64,000 bases of DNA from an uncultured Acidobacteriota bacterium (lineage in GTDB: Bacteria > Acidobacteriota > Thermoanaerobaculia > UBA5066 > Gp7-AA6). The stretch lies in assembly GCA_963742245.1 (NCBI GenBank), contig CAVULG010000004.1, positions 169,064 through 233,063 of the forward strand, given 5' to 3'. The position numbers and the translations under genes were made by a program. The notes under the pieces were generated by a model. That model did no database searches and was not told the origin of the DNA. It saw only the letters and a list, made by a program, of their open reading frames with translations. Shown here one piece after another: positions 61,340-64,000 of the stretch; position 1 is the first letter of the stretch; every line of letters starts with the position of its first letter.

Positions 61340-62449
61340 TTAAGGCGCGGAGGCGGTTACGGTCGCTTTGGCGGGCGCCACCTGTTTCGCGGCCGCCCGA
61401 AGGGTGTTCACCGCGTCATCCTCACGCTGCATGACGTTCTTTCCGTAGCCCTTCTTGGTGACGTAGTGGACGTCGACGCGCTGGTAGGCGACGCCCCGCG
61501 GCAGATGCTCACTCTTGTAGTTCCAGATCTCGATGAGCTCCTCATCGACCGCCAGGGCCTTGTGTTCGGGACCACGGTACGAGGCCGACTTCAGCTGCTT
61601 CTGGGCAGAAGTCTTGCTCGCGGTCCCTTTCACCGCGAGCTTCTCGTCCTGCGAGCCGACCCGGGACAACCCCGAGGGTTCGTTTGCGTCTTCGCCGGCG
61701 CGCAGCGACCTCCGGCCCGAGGACGCCGGCGGTCCCAGAAGGACGAAGACCATGCCGCGGTCCGTCAGGCTCCCCCGCTTCTCGTCGTCATGCGCGAGGT
61801 AGACGTCGGCAAACGCGACGCGGCGCTCGAACTCCTGCCGATAGGTTCTCTTGTCGGCGCCGGGCAGCGTCGCGCGGCCGGACCAGAATCGCTCGACGAA
61901 TTCGACGCGCGCGTTCGGCTCCTTGAGGCCCGACCAGGTCTTCTTCTCTTCGGCGGAGATGATCCACTGGACCGGGCCGTTGGCCCAATGCGCATCCACG
62001 AGGTCGCGCTGCGCGGCGTCCGCCGGCACGCGAAACTCCTTGTACGCCTCCACGATGGACGACGGGGCGACTGCTGCCTGCTTCTGCGCCTTCTCGAACG
62101 CTGCGACCGTGCCCTTCGAGTGAAGTGCCGCATCGATCGTCGAGTTGGGCTGAATCTTCAGAAAGGTGACGAAGCTTTCGACGGCCTCCGCGTCATGACC
62201 CAGGTTCGCTTCGCACACGCCCCGATAAAAGGCGATCGGACCTTCGAGCTTCGCGAGGGATTCCTCGTTGCCGGGTTTGGCCGCTTCCGTCTGGAGCGCT
62301 CCGAGCGTGCTCAGCGCGCCGGCCCACGACTCGGCGGCCACTTCGTTCTTCAGCTTCTGGAACTGATCTCCGAGCGATTGCGCCGTGGCGGCCGCCGGTT
62401 CGAACGCAGCGAGAGAAAGAAGGAACACGCCGATGGTCAACTTCTTCAC
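61340..62449 (-). CDS. GWxTD-domain protein with N-terminal TPR-like region
   Basis: W..GPVQWI...EEK, FVERFW, EFERRVAFAD, GSLTDRGMVFVLLGPP, EIW.Y; signal peptide; start approximate. Confidence 0.85.
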   Translation of the reverse strand: MKKLTIGVFLLSLAAFEPAAATAQSLGDQFQKLKNEVAAESWAGALSTLGALQTEAAKPGNEESLAKLEGPIAFYRGVCEANLGHDAEAVESFVTFLKIQPNSTIDAALHSKGTVAAFEKAQKQAAVAPSSIVEAYKEFRVPADAAQRDLVDAHWANGPVQWIISAEEKKTWSGLKEPNARVEFVERFWSGRATLPGADKRTYRQEFERRVAFADVYLAHDDEKRGSLTDRGMVFVLLGPPASSGRRSLRAGEDANEPSGLSRVGSQDEKLAVKGTASKTSAQKQLKSASYRGPEHKALAVDEELIEIWNYKSEHLPRGVAYQRVDVHYVTKKGYGKNVMQREDDAVNTLRAAAKQVAPAKATVTASAP

Positions 62450-62629
62450 GGCACACCCGTCCACTTTCTGAGCGTCACCAAGGGTCCTCGCCGGTCAGCT
62501 TAGCATCGGCCCGACGGCTCGAAACAACCGATTCCAGGGCGTCACGCGCGACTCCGAGCGGGCACTTGAGGGGTGACTGCGACTGTTGTGCCCGTCCGAA
62601 TACCGCGCGTCTATGATCCCCGCAGGCCC

Positions 62630-64000
62630 GTGACGAACAAACGCGCAGTCGTTGCACTGAGTTGCCTCGGCCTCGGCGTCATCGGTCTCCTCCAGTTCAA
62701 AAAACCGTCTACCGAATCACCGGGCGTGGTCACCGAGAGGGTCCAGCCCGGCTCGGCCGCTGCCCGGGCGGGCGTGCGATCCGGCGACGTCCTGCTTTCC
62801 TGGAGACGCGAGGGCCTCCCGTCTCCCCGAAGCGAGTTTCGGATCCCCTCCGACATCACGCGCGTCGAGATCGAAGAAGGGCCGCGGGGCGCCATCCATG
62901 TGGTCGGCCTTCGCGACAACGGCGTCCGGATCTTCGAGCTTCCCCAGGGCGCCTGGGGCCTGACCACCCGAGCGTCCGACGGAGGGGACGGCGAAGACGG
63001 GCGCGGCCACGACGCGGACTGGTGGCAGAACGCGGCGAAGCACGATGCCGCCGGATCCGCACTCCTGAGCCAGGGTCAAGCCGTCCGCGCCGCGGCGGAG
63101 TTCCGGAAGGGTCTCGACGCCGCCGCCCGCCACGCTCCCGACAGCCTGCTCGTCGCTCATTTTCTGGAGCGCGCCGGGGCGGCCGCCGAGTCCGCGGAGA
63201 ACCCGGCCGAAGCGCGGGACTTCTACACCCGCGCCCTCATCATCCGTCAGCGAACCGCTCCGGAGAGCGCGGCCATCGCGGCGAGTCTCGGCGCGCTGGG
63301 GCGCGTGGTGTCTCGGAACGAGTCGGCCGAGGATCTCCTCGCCCGTTCGCTGGCGCTCTGGGAGGACCTGGCTCCCGACAGCCTCGAAGTCGCGAGCGCG
63401 TCAAACGACCTCGGTGCCTTCCTCTTTCAGCAGGGCGACGTGGCCGGAGCCCGCGCACTCCACGAGCGCGCACTCGGGATCAGCACCCGGCTCGAGCCCG
63501 GCGGTCTCGATCACGCCGCGAGCCTGTATCGCCTCGGCAACGTCGCCTGGCGGCGCGGTGACCTCGCTTCGGCCGAGCAACTGCATCAGGAGGCGCTCGC
63601 GATCCGGCTCGCGCACGCAGCGGAGACCGCGGCGGCCGAGTCGAGCCTGAACTCCCTCGGAAACGTCGCGGGCGCGCGCAAGGACTTCGAGTCGGCGCAG
63701 CGGTTCCATCGGCAGGCGCTCGCGATCGGCGAGAAACGCGCCCCGCATTCGATCGAGCCGATGCTCCACAACCTCGGGGAGGACGCTCGCCTGCTCGGCG
63801 ACTACGCCGCGGCCGCAACCCTTCTGCGGCGGGCCCTCGCGATGCACGACCGGCTGCCGCCGGGGAGCGGCCGCGAGGTCGCGATCGCGAACACCCTCGT
63901 CAGCCTCGCCGCCGTGGCGCGCGATCGCGGCGATCTGCCGGAGGCGGAGACCATCGTCCGTCGCGCCCTCGCGATCCGGGAAGCCCACGAGCCCGACAGC
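62630..64000 (+). CDS. PDZ-like plus TPR-repeat protein (probably CHAT-domain type), runs off the window end; absent from the ORF track
   Basis: Open frame from GTG 62630: TM, VQPGSAAARAGVRSGDVLLSW, then repeats such as ASLYRLGNVAWRRGDL.SAEQLHQEALAIR and SLNSLGNVA. Confidence 0.8.
   Translation, partial: MTNKRAVVALSCLGLGVIGLLQFKKPSTESPGVVTERVQPGSAAARAGVRSGDVLLSWRREGLPSPRSEFRIPSDITRVEIEEGPRGAIHVVGLRDNGVRIFELPQGAWGLTTRASDGGDGEDGRGHDADWWQNAAKHDAAGSALLSQGQAVRAAAEFRKGLDAAARHAPDSLLVAHFLERAGAAAESAENPAEARDFYTRALIIRQRTAPESAAIAASLGALGRVVSRNESAEDLLARSLALWEDLAPDSLEVASASNDLGAFLFQQGDVAGARALHERALGISTRLEPGGLDHAASLYRLGNVAWRRGDLASAEQLHQEALAIRLAHAAETAAAESSLNSLGNVAGARKDFESAQRFHRQALAIGEKRAPHSIEPMLHNLGEDARLLGDYAAAATLLRRALAMHDRLPPGSGREVAIANTLVSLAAVARDRGDLPEAETIVRRALAIREAHEPDS

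Overview
High-GC bacterial chromosomal window, most likely Acidobacteriota, class Thermoanaerobaculia or close. This is inferred from an acidobacterial-type Hfq, a GWxTD protein, an SLH protein with the GC..NYCP motif, and a PDZ/TPR protein. It holds about 50 genes of core and accessory type: a ~2,850-aa cyclic beta-1,2-glucan synthase (NdvB/Cgs-like), tandem Ser/Thr kinases, eno-ftsB, ricT(PSP1)-hfq, an EPS glycosyltransferase operon, serS, a CRTAC1/halogenase/SDR/serine-hydrolase operon, DUF2339-DUF3999, ogt, an M61 peptidase, three tRNAs (fMet, Ser-GCT, Ser-TGA) and several secreted proteins. I saw no CRISPR array, integrase or transposase. Many single-base frameshifts, densest at 19.6-26.3 kb, look like long-read errors, so coordinates of those genes are approximate. 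The most interesting signals are non-coding. (i) Two homologous, oppositely oriented 150-170 nt fold-back elements with tiny Arg-rich ORFs lie right after hfq. (ii) An orphan ~115 nt transcription unit with a consensus promoter and terminator lies just upstream of ricT-hfq. (iii) A multi-hairpin element built from tRNA T-arm sequence lies behind tRNA-fMet. (iv) Many genes have a leaderless-type -10 box 6-9 nt before the start codon, often as back-to-back divergent pairs.
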